A DNA stretch of 64,000 bases, from positions 1-64,000 of the forward strand of contig JAYZEG010000028.1 of assembly GCA_036337435.1 (NCBI GenBank), in the 5' to 3' direction. The notes under the pieces are model-generated. The model ran no database searches. It worked only from the letters and a program-made list of their open reading frames with translations, and was not told the DNA's origin. Position 1 is the first letter of the stretch. Each line of letters starts with the position of its first letter. The translations under genes and the position numbers were made by a program. Positions 20,910 to 31,288 of this stretch are shown here, one piece after another. The stretch comes from Myxococcota bacterium (GTDB lineage: Bacteria > Myxococcota_A > Bradymonadia > UBA7976 > UBA1532).

Positions 20910-22411
20910 TTATCGAACCCCACAATACACAGGGTGACTTAAATTTATCGGCTGATGTCGTTGTTGTCGGCAGCGGCGCAGGCGGTTCAACCGTCGCCGC
21001 AACCCTCGCGCAGGCAGGATTAGATGTCATCGTCTTGGAAGAAGGAGGATACTTCAAGACTGAAGACTATGGTGCTGATATCCCGGCGATGATGGGACGA
21101 ATGATGCGTGGTGGCGGGTCCACGGTCTTGATGGGGCGGAGTCCAGTTCCGTATTTGGAGGGGAAATGTGTCGGGGGCTCAACGGTTATTAACGGCGGGA
21201 TGTGCTGGAGGACGCCGGACAAGGTTCTACACGAGTGGGGGACCGAACGGGGCTTGACCGAATTGTCGTCGCGACATCTAGAACCTTATTTTGAACGGGT
21301 CGAAGAGACCATCAACGCGCGCCATCAGGATCCCGGCAGTGAGGGACGATGCAATGACGTCTTCAAATCTGGAGCGGATAAATTAGGTTGGAGACTCTCG
21401 CTCAACAAACGCAACCAAATTCATTGCGTTGGGTCTAATGATTGTGTGACCGGATGTCCAAGCGGTGCCAAGCAGAGTACGTTGTATTCCTGGTTGCCTA
21501 GATTTTTTCAGTCTGGTGGACGTTTATACACCCGCATGAAAGTCAAAAAGATACAAACCAGTCGCGGCCACGCGGTTGGTGTATCAGGCACGCTGGATGA
21601 CCCCTATGAGCCCCGACGGTTTTCCGTGTCTGCGCGAGCGGTGGTTTTGTCATGCGGGGCTGTACAGACGCCACTTCTCCTGCAACGGAACAAGTTGTGT
21701 AAGCCATGCGGTCACGTCGGAAAACACTTTACCATTCATCCTAATGTAAAAATGGCCGCGTTGTTTGATGACCCTATCGACAGTATGCGTGGTACGCATC
21801 AAGCTTGGCAGTGCACCGAATTTGTCGATGAGGGTATTTTACTGGCCCCCGGTGCAATCCCCACAGCGTTCATGAGTGCAATCTTTCCAACCTTTGGTGA
21901 GACCCTGGCTGACCAAATGATTAATTCAAGGCATATCGCTACGGGTGGCGTCTTGGTGGATGACCATGCCGAAGGCCAGATCAAAACATTGCCGTTTGGA
22001 TTGCCTTATGTACGCTACGACGTCACTGATGTAGACCAAGAAAAGTTCATTAAGGCAGCGAGTTTACTCGCGACTCTTTATTTCGAAGCGGGCGCACGTG
22101 AAGTCTATACAGCGTTTCATCATTGGCCTGTTCTCAAGACACCTGACGATATAAAAAAAATGAAGGACGCAGCGCCGAGTGTGGAAAGTACTGAATATTT
22201 TACAGCCCACATCATGGGGACGTGCCGGATGAGTGCGAGAGCAACCGACGGAGTCGTCGACACAAATGGTGAAAGCTGGGATGTACCTGGACTATACATT
22301 GCGGATGCAAGCGTCTTACCTGGAACGATCGGTGTAAACCCTCAGGTGACCATAATGGCACTCTCGTTAATGATAGCCCAACGGCTTTCAAACGCCCTGC
22401 TGAAAGGCTGA
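20906..22411 (+). CDS. GMC family FAD oxidoreductase
   Basis: VVVGSGAGG, VGGSTVIN, C..GCPSGAK, HIMGTCRM, DAS.LP..IGVNPQVTI. Confidence 0.93.
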   Translation: MIIEPHNTQGDLNLSADVVVVGSGAGGSTVAATLAQAGLDVIVLEEGGYFKTEDYGADIPAMMGRMMRGGGSTVLMGRSPVPYLEGKCVGGSTVINGGMCWRTPDKVLHEWGTERGLTELSSRHLEPYFERVEETINARHQDPGSEGRCNDVFKSGADKLGWRLSLNKRNQIHCVGSNDCVTGCPSGAKQSTLYSWLPRFFQSGGRLYTRMKVKKIQTSRGHAVGVSGTLDDPYEPRRFSVSARAVVLSCGAVQTPLLLQRNKLCKPCGHVGKHFTIHPNVKMAALFDDPIDSMRGTHQAWQCTEFVDEGILLAPGAIPTAFMSAIFPTFGETLADQMINSRHIATGGVLVDDHAEGQIKTLPFGLPYVRYDVTDVDQEKFIKAASLLATLYFEAGAREVYTAFHHWPVLKTPDDIKKMKDAAPSVESTEYFTAHIMGTCRMSARATDGVVDTNGESWDVPGLYIADASVLPGTIGVNPQVTIMALSLMIAQRLSNALLKG

Positions 22412-22499
22412 TGAGGAGAGCGTCAAAGCAAATTGACTTTGCTGTCATAACACTGACACTTCCGAACCATATTGAGGTGCCCCTACCTCAAATATAAGT

Positions 22500-22515
22500 T
22501 GGCACGACATGTGCA
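22500..22515 (+). promoter_or_regulatory. Sigma54 (-24/-12) promoter of the flgF operon
   Basis: TGGCACGACATGTGCA with exact GG-N10-GC spacing, about 95 nt before flgF. Confidence 0.75.
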
Positions 22516-22608
22516 AAACCTGATCCCGGACGCTTTTGAGTAGAGCCAAGGTAGGCACTCCGATGAAGCGAGTGACGTAAGCCGCGAGTGCGGTGACTGG
22601 AGTCAGAC

Positions 22609-23391
22609 ATGTCGAGCGGAATCTATGTGGCGATGAGCGGGGCGAGAAATCAATCGCAACGCTTGGACACGCTTTCGAATGACCTCGCAAATGCCAACAC
22701 CCCTGGATTCAAATCCCAGGAGACCATCTACCGTCAGATTCACAATGATGCGACTGCTTTAGGAAATCCCAATCAAGCTATGGGGTTGAATCACCCGGTT
22801 CGCTTCTTGCCTGAGGATCGGTTGCCAAGTGTCATGGACGCCCGCTACACCAAGTTTAAGCAAGGTGCTGTCAAACCAACGGGTAATGAACTCGATCTGG
22901 CCATGGCCAACGACGGATTCTTTAAAATTCAGGGCAATAACGAAACATTATTTACCCGCAATGGCACTTTCACGCTCGATAAAACCGGTACGATTGTTGA
23001 CCAATTAGGGCGCCCTGTTCTCGATGATGCCGACAGGCCGATTCAGCTGCCCAATGCCGCGGGCAAAGTCCAGATAGGGCGTGATGGCACGGTCGCAGTG
23101 GATGGTGAGAAGATCGCGATGCTCGGTCTATCTAACTTTAAGCTCGATGACCTCCAGAAACTCGAAAGGGCGGGTAACAGTTCGTACCGAATTCCAAATG
23201 GACAATTTCAACCTGAAGCCGTGGAAAACCCGGATATCAAACAAGGATTTCTTGAGATGGCAAACGTCAATCCAGTCCATACGATGGCGATGTTGATCAA
23301 GACAAACCGAATGTTTGAATTTAACACCCGTGCATTGCAGGCCTACAAGGCAATGGACGAGCAATGTGCCCGTGAAGTTGGCCGTATTTAA
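22609..23391 (+). CDS. flgF: Flagellar proximal rod protein
   Basis: LANANTPGFK, TGNELDLA..GFF, FTRNG.F, LEMANVN; precedes flgG. Confidence 0.9.
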   Translation: MSSGIYVAMSGARNQSQRLDTLSNDLANANTPGFKSQETIYRQIHNDATALGNPNQAMGLNHPVRFLPEDRLPSVMDARYTKFKQGAVKPTGNELDLAMANDGFFKIQGNNETLFTRNGTFTLDKTGTIVDQLGRPVLDDADRPIQLPNAAGKVQIGRDGTVAVDGEKIAMLGLSNFKLDDLQKLERAGNSSYRIPNGQFQPEAVENPDIKQGFLEMANVNPVHTMAMLIKTNRMFEFNTRALQAYKAMDEQCAREVGRI

Positions 23392-23406
23392 GCAAGGAGG
23401 CTTTCA

Positions 23407-24192
23407 ATGATTCGTTCATTACATTCAGCAGCAACTGGCATGACGGCCCAGCAAAATTACATCGACGTAACATCGAATAACCTGGCGAACGTCAACACTG
23501 CTGGCTACAAAAAATCACGGATAAATTTTCAGGATCTCATTTATCAAACAGACGTTGCACCAGGGTCTGCGACGACGCAACAGACAGAGGCTCCATCGGG
23601 TATTCAAGTTGGCATCGGTGTGCGTACAGCCAGTACTCAAAAAGAGTTTGCGCTGGGTTCGCTGAAGGCGACCAGTAACTTGACCGATGTAGCGATTAAT
23701 GGTGATGGCTTTTTTCAAATACAGCTTCCAAATGGAACCATCGGTTACACTCGAGATGGTGCATTTCACGTGGACAAAAATGGGAATCTGGTTACGCCGG
23801 AAGGCTATCGCCTCGAGCCAAATATCGTCGTGCCTAACGAGGCGATTGCCATTCATATCGGTGGTGATGGATCTGTCACAGCGACACTCTCTGCTCAGTC
23901 TGACGGCGCCCAGCTCGGTCAGGTTCAGACGGCGAGTTTCGTCAATCCGTCCGGTTTGCTGAGCATTGGTGGCAACTTGATGCAAGAAACCAACGCCAGC
24001 GGTCCCGCAGTCATCGGTACGCCTGGTGAAAATGGTTTCGGACAGCTGCAGGCTGGCTTTCTTGAACTCTCGAATGTGACCGTGGTTGAGGAAATGATTA
24101 ACCTCATCACCGCTCAGCGTGCATTTGAATTCAACAGTAAGGCCGTCCAGGCATCAGACCAGATGCTGCGTGAACTTGGTCAGTTGAGGTAA
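23407..24192 (+). CDS. flgG: Flagellar distal rod protein
   Basis: NNLANVNTAGYKKSR..FQDLIYQ, YTRDGAF, LELSNV.VVEEMINLITAQRAFE. Confidence 0.96.
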   Translation: MIRSLHSAATGMTAQQNYIDVTSNNLANVNTAGYKKSRINFQDLIYQTDVAPGSATTQQTEAPSGIQVGIGVRTASTQKEFALGSLKATSNLTDVAINGDGFFQIQLPNGTIGYTRDGAFHVDKNGNLVTPEGYRLEPNIVVPNEAIAIHIGGDGSVTATLSAQSDGAQLGQVQTASFVNPSGLLSIGGNLMQETNASGPAVIGTPGENGFGQLQAGFLELSNVTVVEEMINLITAQRAFEFNSKAVQASDQMLRELGQLR

Positions 24193-24194
24193 TC

Positions 24195-25136
24195 ATGCGC
24201 CACTTAACCATGTTCTTGTTCTTGACTGCTTTTTCATCGGCGTTTGCAGGTGGGCGCGTTCAATTGAACGAGCAATCCACAGTTCAGTCATCGCGCATCA
24301 TTCTCGGTGATATTGCGTCCATCAGTGGACTCGATAAGAAGCGACGTGCCCGCTTGAGCCAACTGTATATCGGTAAAGCACCAGAAATTGGTCAAGCCAA
24401 ATACATGCCACTGAGTTTCATCGAGCGGCGGATCGTTGACCAGATTGGCAGCGGGTTAAAAATCGGTGGACCTCGTCGCGTTGAAATTCGACGAAAAGGA
24501 ACAACTTTAAGGGGGACATGGCTTGCCCAGCGGCTCCGAGCAGCGATTGAAAAGCGATTGCCATATGCCAGCGAACGAGTCGCAGAGATTGTGATACCAA
24601 GAATCCCAGACTGTCGTGTGCCTGAGGGCTCTCGGGTCAAAGTCTCGTTCCAGCCAAATGAAGATTTTGACGGTCATGCCCTTGTTGGATTGGCTGTCTA
24701 CGACGACGGAAAAAAAGTCGTTAGCCGGCGTATCAACGTCAAGATTGACCTTTTTACAAGCGTCGTTGGCGTGTCAGCCGATTTAAGGCGCGGTCAAACC
24801 TTGTCTGGTAACGTTCTAATCAGCTTGAGAAAGCCTGCCAGTCAGGTACCCAATGACGCGGTAACAAGGCCTGAACTGGTTATTGGAGCCGATGTCCGCA
24901 GGCGCATTCAGAGAGGTGATGTGCTGCGACATAGCTGGATTAAGATTCCGCCTGTTATTTCCCGTGGTGACCGAGTCCGAGTCATCGCAAAGCGGGGCGC
25001 GATCCAACTCAGTACTTTTGGTAAGGCATTGAATGATGCAACCCAGTCGGCGTTTGTTCGCGTCAGAAATCTTGAAAGCAAAAAGGTCATCACTGGACGA
25101 GCTGAACGGCCCGGTGTTGTGGTGATGGAGTTCTAA
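24195..25136 (+). CDS. flgA: P-ring formation chaperone
   Basis: Signal peptide; SAF-like region; ISRGDRV...GKAL...VRVRNLESKKVI; position. Confidence 0.88.
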   Translation: MRHLTMFLFLTAFSSAFAGGRVQLNEQSTVQSSRIILGDIASISGLDKKRRARLSQLYIGKAPEIGQAKYMPLSFIERRIVDQIGSGLKIGGPRRVEIRRKGTTLRGTWLAQRLRAAIEKRLPYASERVAEIVIPRIPDCRVPEGSRVKVSFQPNEDFDGHALVGLAVYDDGKKVVSRRINVKIDLFTSVVGVSADLRRGQTLSGNVLISLRKPASQVPNDAVTRPELVIGADVRRRIQRGDVLRHSWIKIPPVISRGDRVRVIAKRGAIQLSTFGKALNDATQSAFVRVRNLESKKVITGRAERPGVVVMEF

Positions 25137-25137
25137 G

Positions 25138-25842
25138 ATGAAGAGTTTATTCGCACCAATCGTGCTGGTCATCTCTACTTTGGTCTTGAGTGGCTGCGTA
25201 ACCCACATTCGACCCTATAACCCAAAGAGGCGTGCGTACAAACTGCCTGTACCACATGCAGCTTATGACGGGGCCAAAGCGACGGGTTCACTCTTTGACC
25301 CCAGCGGACCAGGTGTGAGACTGACAACCGATGCGCGTGCTCAGGCTGTCAACGACCTGGTCGTCGTTGTTATCGATGAGAACGCCACCGCTCAGCGAGA
25401 CATGAATTCTGAGAGCAGCAAACAGGCCGAGTCCCTTGCTAATCTGGAGCGGTTTCTTGGTCTGATTTCTAAGTTAAACCGAGAATATAAGGATTTTGAA
25501 GGTGCAAATGCTCTACAGCTGACCAATGAGAGCTCATTCAAGGGACAGGGGCGTACCAGCCGAAGCGACCGCTTGCAAGCAACGGTACCCGCCATGGTTC
25601 GACAGGTTCTACCCAACGGTAACCTCTTTGTTGAGGGGCACCGTGTGGTCTTGGTGAACCGCGAAGAGCACCACTTCTACATCAGCGGGGTGATTCGTCC
25701 AGAAGATATTGATGGCAACGGTCAGGTCCGGTCGAGTCGCATGGCTGATGCTCAGATTGAATTCACAGGTCGAGGCGATATGACATCGGGTGCAACCAAG
25801 GGCTGGTTTTCACGAATGCTTGACTATATCTGGCCTTTCTAA
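25138..25842 (+). CDS. flgH: Flagellar L-ring lipoprotein
   Basis: LSGC lipobox; VLPNGNL.VEG; GVIRPEDI; ADAQIEF.G; C-terminal WPF. Confidence 0.95.
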   Translation: MKSLFAPIVLVISTLVLSGCVTHIRPYNPKRRAYKLPVPHAAYDGAKATGSLFDPSGPGVRLTTDARAQAVNDLVVVVIDENATAQRDMNSESSKQAESLANLERFLGLISKLNREYKDFEGANALQLTNESSFKGQGRTSRSDRLQATVPAMVRQVLPNGNLFVEGHRVVLVNREEHHFYISGVIRPEDIDGNGQVRSSRMADAQIEFTGRGDMTSGATKGWFSRMLDYIWPF

Positions 25843-25853
25843 GGAGCTGAATT

Positions 25854-26951
25854 ATGAATTGGGTTAAACAGATTTTCATCAGCTTGTTGGTCGTACTTTG
25901 TTGTTCACCGAGCGTTTACGCAGAGCGAATAAAGGATTTAGCGAGCGTCCGGGGCGTGCGTTCTAATCAATTGATTGGCTACGGGATCGTGATCGGCCTC
26001 AATGGGACCGGTGACACAGACAAGACAACCTTTACGACTCAATCAGTGGTCGCCATGTTGGCCCGCAACAACGTACGAGTGGATATTGCGGGACTCAAAT
26101 TACGAAACGTCGCCGCTGTTATGGTGACGGCCAAGCTGCCGCCTTTTTCACGGATCGGGAATACGCTGGACGTAACCGTATCCAGTCTCGGTGATGCACA
26201 GTCCTTGAGCGGCGGCACCTTAGTTGTGGCCCCTTTGCGAGGACACGATGGGCAGATTTATGCGATGGCTCAAGGCCCCTTATCGGTTGGAGGCTACAGC
26301 ACAGGTGATGGTGCCAATGGCGAAGTGAAAAACCACCCAACTGTGGCCCGTATTTCTAATGGAGCTATCGTAGAGCGCGAGATTGCAGTCCAGCTCAATC
26401 AGAAGCAATTGGTGACCCTTCAACTCCGACAGGCAGATTTCACAACCGCGGCACGTTTAGCGAAAGTTGTGGATAATAATCTAGGTGGACAGTTTGCCAA
26501 GGCCCGTGACAGTGGCACCATCGAAATTCAAGTGCCCAAGCACTATCGAGAAAAGCTGGTTGAGTTTATGGCACTGCTTGAGCGTCTTGAAGTAACACCT
26601 GATTCTCAAGCTCGCGTTGTCGTCAACGAGCGAACTGGAACGATCATTATGGGCCAGGATGTTCGGATCGCGCCGGTTGCTGTTGCTCATGGTAATATCA
26701 CCGTCAGTATTCAAACAACGAACGAAGCAGTGCCTGCTGCTCCGCTGACACCAGGCCAGGGTCAAAATCAGCAAAATCAGCAAGTTGCTGTGGCTGAGGA
26801 AAAACGGAGTCTGATTCAGGTCAAGGGCGCGAATCTGTCTGACGTTGTCGAAGGTTTAAACCGCTTGGGGACAACGCCGAGAGATTTAATCACAATCTTG
26901 CAGGCCATCAAAAAGGCCGGTGCACTTCGTGCTGACGTTGAGGTGATGTGA
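25854..26951 (+). CDS. flgI: Flagellar P-ring protein
   Basis: RIKDLA...RSNQLIGYG.VIGL.GTGD; NVAAVMVTA.LPPF; LQAIKKAGAL.A. Confidence 0.97.
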   Translation: MNWVKQIFISLLVVLCCSPSVYAERIKDLASVRGVRSNQLIGYGIVIGLNGTGDTDKTTFTTQSVVAMLARNNVRVDIAGLKLRNVAAVMVTAKLPPFSRIGNTLDVTVSSLGDAQSLSGGTLVVAPLRGHDGQIYAMAQGPLSVGGYSTGDGANGEVKNHPTVARISNGAIVEREIAVQLNQKQLVTLQLRQADFTTAARLAKVVDNNLGGQFAKARDSGTIEIQVPKHYREKLVEFMALLERLEVTPDSQARVVVNERTGTIIMGQDVRIAPVAVAHGNITVSIQTTNEAVPAAPLTPGQGQNQQNQQVAVAEEKRSLIQVKGANLSDVVEGLNRLGTTPRDLITILQAIKKAGALRADVEVM

Positions 26952-27751
26952 TGTCGACTAAGTTGGGACATACGTCGCCTATGCTACAGAAGCCACAGGG
27001 CATGATGACGACCTCTGACTTAAACAAGCTTAAGTCCAGTGATGACAATAGCTCCGAAGCGATCTTCGAAGCAGCGAAACAGTTTGAGTCGATTTTTCTT
27101 CATCAAGTCTTCAAATCCATGAGGGCTACAGTGCCTAAAGAGGGGTTAATGAGCGGTGGATTTGGCGGTGAGGTGTTCACAGACATGCTCGATCAGCAGT
27201 ACGCAGACATGGCGGCTGGCAGCAGCTCTTTGGGATTGGCTGAGAGCATCGCACGTCAGCTGGGCGCAGGCGAGACGACGGGTTCATTCAAACTCAACCA
27301 AAGCCAAGGTTTAAGGCGGTTGGGGGCGCATAGAGCCTACCAAAACCAGTCAACGGCGATTCAATGGCTCAAACCGGTCGACGGAGAAATGTCTAATGAT
27401 TTCGGGCCGTCCCGTAGTATGCGTGGAACGGGCCCATCCTTTCGGCGTGGTGTTACTTTCAAAGTCGAAAGTGGCCAACCCGTTCGCGCTGCAAACGGTG
27501 GGGATATTAAATTTGCTGGGCCGATGAATGGTCTTGGAAACGCTGTTGTCATTCAGCATAGCAATGGCGCTGAGAGTGTGTATGGACATGTTGATCAGTT
27601 GAGTGTCGCCGTCGGCGACACTGTCAAAAAGGGGATGGAGATTGGTGCCGCCAAGCGTGATGGACGTAATGCAGCCCCAGGACTCTATTTCGAAGTCAGA
27701 CAAAACGGCCGGGCGATCGATCCCGGCACATTATTTGAACAGAAGAAGTGA
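26948..27751 (+). CDS. flgJ: FlgJ rod-binding domain fused to a degenerate M23/LytM domain
   Basis: AAKQFESIFL..VFKSMR...MLDQQYA...GLAESIARQL, then GNAVVIQH...YGH...V.VGD.VKKG...LYFEVR.NG.AIDP. Confidence 0.88.
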   Translation: MMSTKLGHTSPMLQKPQGMMTTSDLNKLKSSDDNSSEAIFEAAKQFESIFLHQVFKSMRATVPKEGLMSGGFGGEVFTDMLDQQYADMAAGSSSLGLAESIARQLGAGETTGSFKLNQSQGLRRLGAHRAYQNQSTAIQWLKPVDGEMSNDFGPSRSMRGTGPSFRRGVTFKVESGQPVRAANGGDIKFAGPMNGLGNAVVIQHSNGAESVYGHVDQLSVAVGDTVKKGMEIGAAKRDGRNAAPGLYFEVRQNGRAIDPGTLFEQKK

Positions 27752-27867
27752 TCCACCAAGGTGGATTTTTATCCGCCGCATAAAAAGATGCGGCTTAACC
27801 AAAAACCTGCGAGACTACCGATGATATGGGGACATGACGAAAATCGAAAAATTTGTACTTTTTCGGT

Positions 27868-27894
27868 TCAAGTTTTGTTTAAAACGTCCGATGT
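27868..27894 (+). promoter_or_regulatory. Sigma28 (FliA) promoter of flgM
   Basis: TCAA-N15-TCCGATGT. Confidence 0.8.
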
Positions 27895-27943
27895 ATTAGA
27901 TGCATCCCCCGTTTTTTTGGGTAGGGGGTAAGCGAGGACAATC

Positions 27944-28246
27944 ATGGGTGTACGAATAAATCGTCCTGTCTTGCAGGGAAATGTCGGTCGGTCGGCTAAT
28001 CGTCCGGCGGTGAAGAAAAAGGACAGTGCTGATGCGAAAGCAGGTGGTTCTGACAGCGTTGATTTAAGCGCTAAGGACAGTGCCATCTCGGTCGCTCGCA
28101 GTGCCAGTCGATCTGTTAGTGAGGTCGACGAAGCAAAGGTTGCTGAGATCAAGGCAAAGCTCGAAAGTGGTGAATACCAGGCCGACCTAAAGGTGGTCGC
28201 TGAGAAAATTATCACTGAAGCTGTCGCCTTCTCAGGTAAGAAGTAA
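27944..28246 (+). CDS. flgM: Anti-sigma28 factor
   Basis: DSVDLS...KVAEIKAKLESGEY..D...VAEKI. Confidence 0.92.
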   Translation: MGVRINRPVLQGNVGRSANRPAVKKKDSADAKAGGSDSVDLSAKDSAISVARSASRSVSEVDEAKVAEIKAKLESGEYQADLKVVAEKIITEAVAFSGKK

Positions 28247-28343
28247 ACCTCCTTTTTTTCTCCGTCAGCGATAAGTCAACGTCCGCCAAGCTGCGCTGTT
28301 GAGTCTCTCCAAAGGACTCAATGGTGCCCCTGGAGACGGACAC

Positions 28344-28856
28344 GTGAAAATCTTTCACGACGAAAACTTCAAGGCTCTACACAGTCATCTCGACCGAGAA
28401 CTCGACTGCCTATCGCAGTTGTTAAGCCTGTTGGGTGACGAGGCGGCAACGCTTCGTTCTCTGGACGTGACTGAACTAGAACGTATTTCGCCGGCGAAAG
28501 AAAAGCTCGTCGCTCAGCACCAGCTGTTGTCACGTCAACGTATTGCACTGCTGACGTCGATGTCTGGCGACGGTGACGTGCCGACATTCTCTCAACTTTT
28601 AGCGGCTCACGAACTCGACCTCGACCATCCCTTGGTCGAACAAATCTTTCAGGTGCGTCAGCTCGCTGAGGAGGTGATGCTCGCCAATCAGCGCAATTTC
28701 ACCTTTGCCCAGAGTGGAAACGGCTTGGTGAGTAACCTCATCAAAATTATCACCAATATTCGAAGTCCCCAGACAAAGACGTATGCGCGAAATGGGCATT
28801 TACGTGCCAACCTACTCGATTCCATTCCTCGTGGAGGTCAACCATGCTCGGTTTAA
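28344..28856 (+). CDS. flgN: Flagellar export chaperone FlgN
   Basis: Helical protein between flgM and flgK; N..N and TYARNG motifs; GGAG before GTG 28344. Confidence 0.8.
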   Translation: MKIFHDENFKALHSHLDRELDCLSQLLSLLGDEAATLRSLDVTELERISPAKEKLVAQHQLLSRQRIALLTSMSGDGDVPTFSQLLAAHELDLDHPLVEQIFQVRQLAEEVMLANQRNFTFAQSGNGLVSNLIKIITNIRSPQTKTYARNGHLRANLLDSIPRGGQPCSV

Positions 28857-30271
28857 AAAACACACTGCGTAATGCTGCATCTGGTATGAACGCCAGCCAA
28901 GCAGGTTTGGCGACAGTCGGTCACAACCTTGCAAATGCAGACACCGATGGCTACAGCCGTCAGCAAGTCCACATCGGCAATCGAGGGCCCCTGAAGGTGT
29001 TCACGGGATCTCAACAGATTAGCCAAGCAGGCCAGGGGGCGACCGTCCAGAATATCCAACGCGCGCATAGTACGTTTCTTGAGCGACAACTCCTTAGGGA
29101 TCGTATGGAGCGTGGATTCTTTCAGGAGCAAAGTCAGGGACTCAAGTTGTTCGAACGTCTATTCGATGACCAAGCATCGAATACGATTGGACCAGCAATA
29201 GACGAGTTTTTTAATGCGGCGAGAGATTTAAGCCAGGAGCCTCATCGTTTCGGCAATCGGCAGATGTTCATGCTATCTGCCGAGAACATTGCCCGTTCGT
29301 TCAACGAGTTTTCTCAGCAAGCGCACTCGGTCAGAGAGGATGCTGATCGCACGCTTCAGGCCAATGTTGAGCGGATAAACGAGCTTGCCGAAATCATCGC
29401 GGCGACTAATTCACGTATTGGCACGATTGAGGCGGTCGGTTTAACAGCCAATGACTTTCGTGACCAGCGAGACATCGCAGTCAAAGAAATTGCCGAGTTA
29501 GCCGATGTTCGGGTCCTCATTCACAAGGATGGCGGTGCTCAAATTGACCTCGCCAATGGCTTCAGCTTGGTTCAAGGAAACAATCGCGCAGTTCTCAGCA
29601 CGATCCCCGATCCGGCCAATGCCGGGTTACTGGCCATCGAACATACGTCATTGAGTGGCGTGACAACCGAGATTACCAATTCGATTCAAACGGGCGAGAT
29701 CGGCGGCTTACTCAATTTACGAGATACCGTAATCCCAACGCATATGGGGGAGATGGACCAGCTTGCGTTTACCTTTGTTGCAGAAGTGAACGCGGTTCAT
29801 CAGGCGGGTGTCGGACTGGATGGACTGGGTGGTCGAGATCTATTTGACCCAATTGGGGTGGTCGCTGGGGCCGGTCTATCGATGAGTGTTAACCAAGTCA
29901 TTGAAGCGGACCCAGGGCTGATTGCTGCGGCCGTTGACCCGGCTGCTCTACCGGGTGACAATCGGAATTTGCTTGCACTTGCAGACCTTCAGACGGCCTC
30001 TCATGCCGTGCTGACCAACGTCACCTTCAATCACTTTTACAGTGAAGTCATTAGGTCTGTTGGGGCTGGAGTCAATCGAAGCGAACAACTTTCTGAGTTT
30101 CACCAAACTCGGTTTGAACAGTCTGATTCACTTCGGGAGTCCATTGAGGGAGTGAGTATTGATGATGAAATGGTCGATTTAAGTCGATTTCAAAAACACT
30201 TTGAAGCCAGTGCGCGCGTGATGGATACCGTCAATCGAATGATGGACGAAATTATGCAGCTGATACGTTAG
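28844..30271 (+). CDS. flgK: Hook-associated protein 1
   Basis: GHNLANADTDGYSRQ; NDFRDQRD; GVSIDDEMVDL. Confidence 0.95.
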   Translation: MLGLKNTLRNAASGMNASQAGLATVGHNLANADTDGYSRQQVHIGNRGPLKVFTGSQQISQAGQGATVQNIQRAHSTFLERQLLRDRMERGFFQEQSQGLKLFERLFDDQASNTIGPAIDEFFNAARDLSQEPHRFGNRQMFMLSAENIARSFNEFSQQAHSVREDADRTLQANVERINELAEIIAATNSRIGTIEAVGLTANDFRDQRDIAVKEIAELADVRVLIHKDGGAQIDLANGFSLVQGNNRAVLSTIPDPANAGLLAIEHTSLSGVTTEITNSIQTGEIGGLLNLRDTVIPTHMGEMDQLAFTFVAEVNAVHQAGVGLDGLGGRDLFDPIGVVAGAGLSMSVNQVIEADPGLIAAAVDPAALPGDNRNLLALADLQTASHAVLTNVTFNHFYSEVIRSVGAGVNRSEQLSEFHQTRFEQSDSLRESIEGVSIDDEMVDLSRFQKHFEASARVMDTVNRMMDEIMQLIR

Positions 30272-30284
30272 TGGAGACGTCGAA

Positions 30285-31172
30285 ATGAGAGTGACTGAAA
30301 AACAACGATTTGTGCTGTCTCAGCTCCGCATCGGCAAACAGCGGGTTCGCCAAATCAAGCTGACAGAGCAGTTGTCGAGCGGTATTCGAGTCAATCGTCC
30401 GTCAGACGATTCTATCGCGGCAAAAAAGGTGTCTGTCCTGCAGACTGAGTACAGCCGAATAGAGCAATACCAAAAGAATGTGGAGGCGGCGCACCGCTTG
30501 TTAACCGTCGCTGACCATACCATTGGTGAATCATCAAATACGCTTTTTCGACTCAAAGAAATTGCAATTCGCGGTTTGAATTCATCGATGACTCCGAGCG
30601 ATCGGAACAACCTTGCAGAAGAGATCGCGACGCTCAAAGAGCACATGATGACCCTTGCGAATACCAGGACTGAAAATCGATATATTTTCGGCGGGTATGC
30701 AATGTCTGCTCCCCCATACGACAATGCGTTCAACTTTGTGGGTGATACCAACACGACGAGTATCGCAGTTGGGGATTCATCTTTAGTCAAGGCCACCATC
30801 CCTGGTGGTAGTGCCTTTGGCGATGGAACCGCCGCAACGGTCGACGTATTCGACAACATTAATCAGCTTGAGACCGCTGTTCGCCTTGGTATCGAGGTGG
30901 ATATGCAAAATGAATTGGAGCGCCTCGAGTCCTCTATTGAGCAGGGAATTGAAGCGCGCCGCTTCATCGGCCTGCAATTGTCTCGGGTGGAAGCATCCAA
31001 AACCATTCTTGCATATAAGGACACTGAACTCAGAGCGGGAATGGCACAGCTTAAAGATGTGGACTTCACATCAGCAGTCAGTGAACTGAAAGTTGTGGAA
31101 AATGCATTACAAGCTACAATCGCAACCAGTAGTCGCTTGATGAAGGGGACATCCCTGTTAGACTACCTTTAG
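30285..31172 (+). CDS. flgL: Hook-associated protein 3
   Basis: MRVT..., LSSG.RVNRPSDD, LAN....RYIFGG, SLLDYL. Confidence 0.95.
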   Translation: MRVTEKQRFVLSQLRIGKQRVRQIKLTEQLSSGIRVNRPSDDSIAAKKVSVLQTEYSRIEQYQKNVEAAHRLLTVADHTIGESSNTLFRLKEIAIRGLNSSMTPSDRNNLAEEIATLKEHMMTLANTRTENRYIFGGYAMSAPPYDNAFNFVGDTNTTSIAVGDSSLVKATIPGGSAFGDGTAATVDVFDNINQLETAVRLGIEVDMQNELERLESSIEQGIEARRFIGLQLSRVEASKTILAYKDTELRAGMAQLKDVDFTSAVSELKVVENALQATIATSSRLMKGTSLLDYL

Positions 31173-31288
31173 AAAATTAATCGCGCTTTCCGAGGCGCTT
31201 GATGTTTACAGCGCTCGGAGATGACGCCAGGAGGCGGGCAAACGACGTTTTAATTAACGGCGTCTGCCCAGATAACCAGGAGGTTTAA

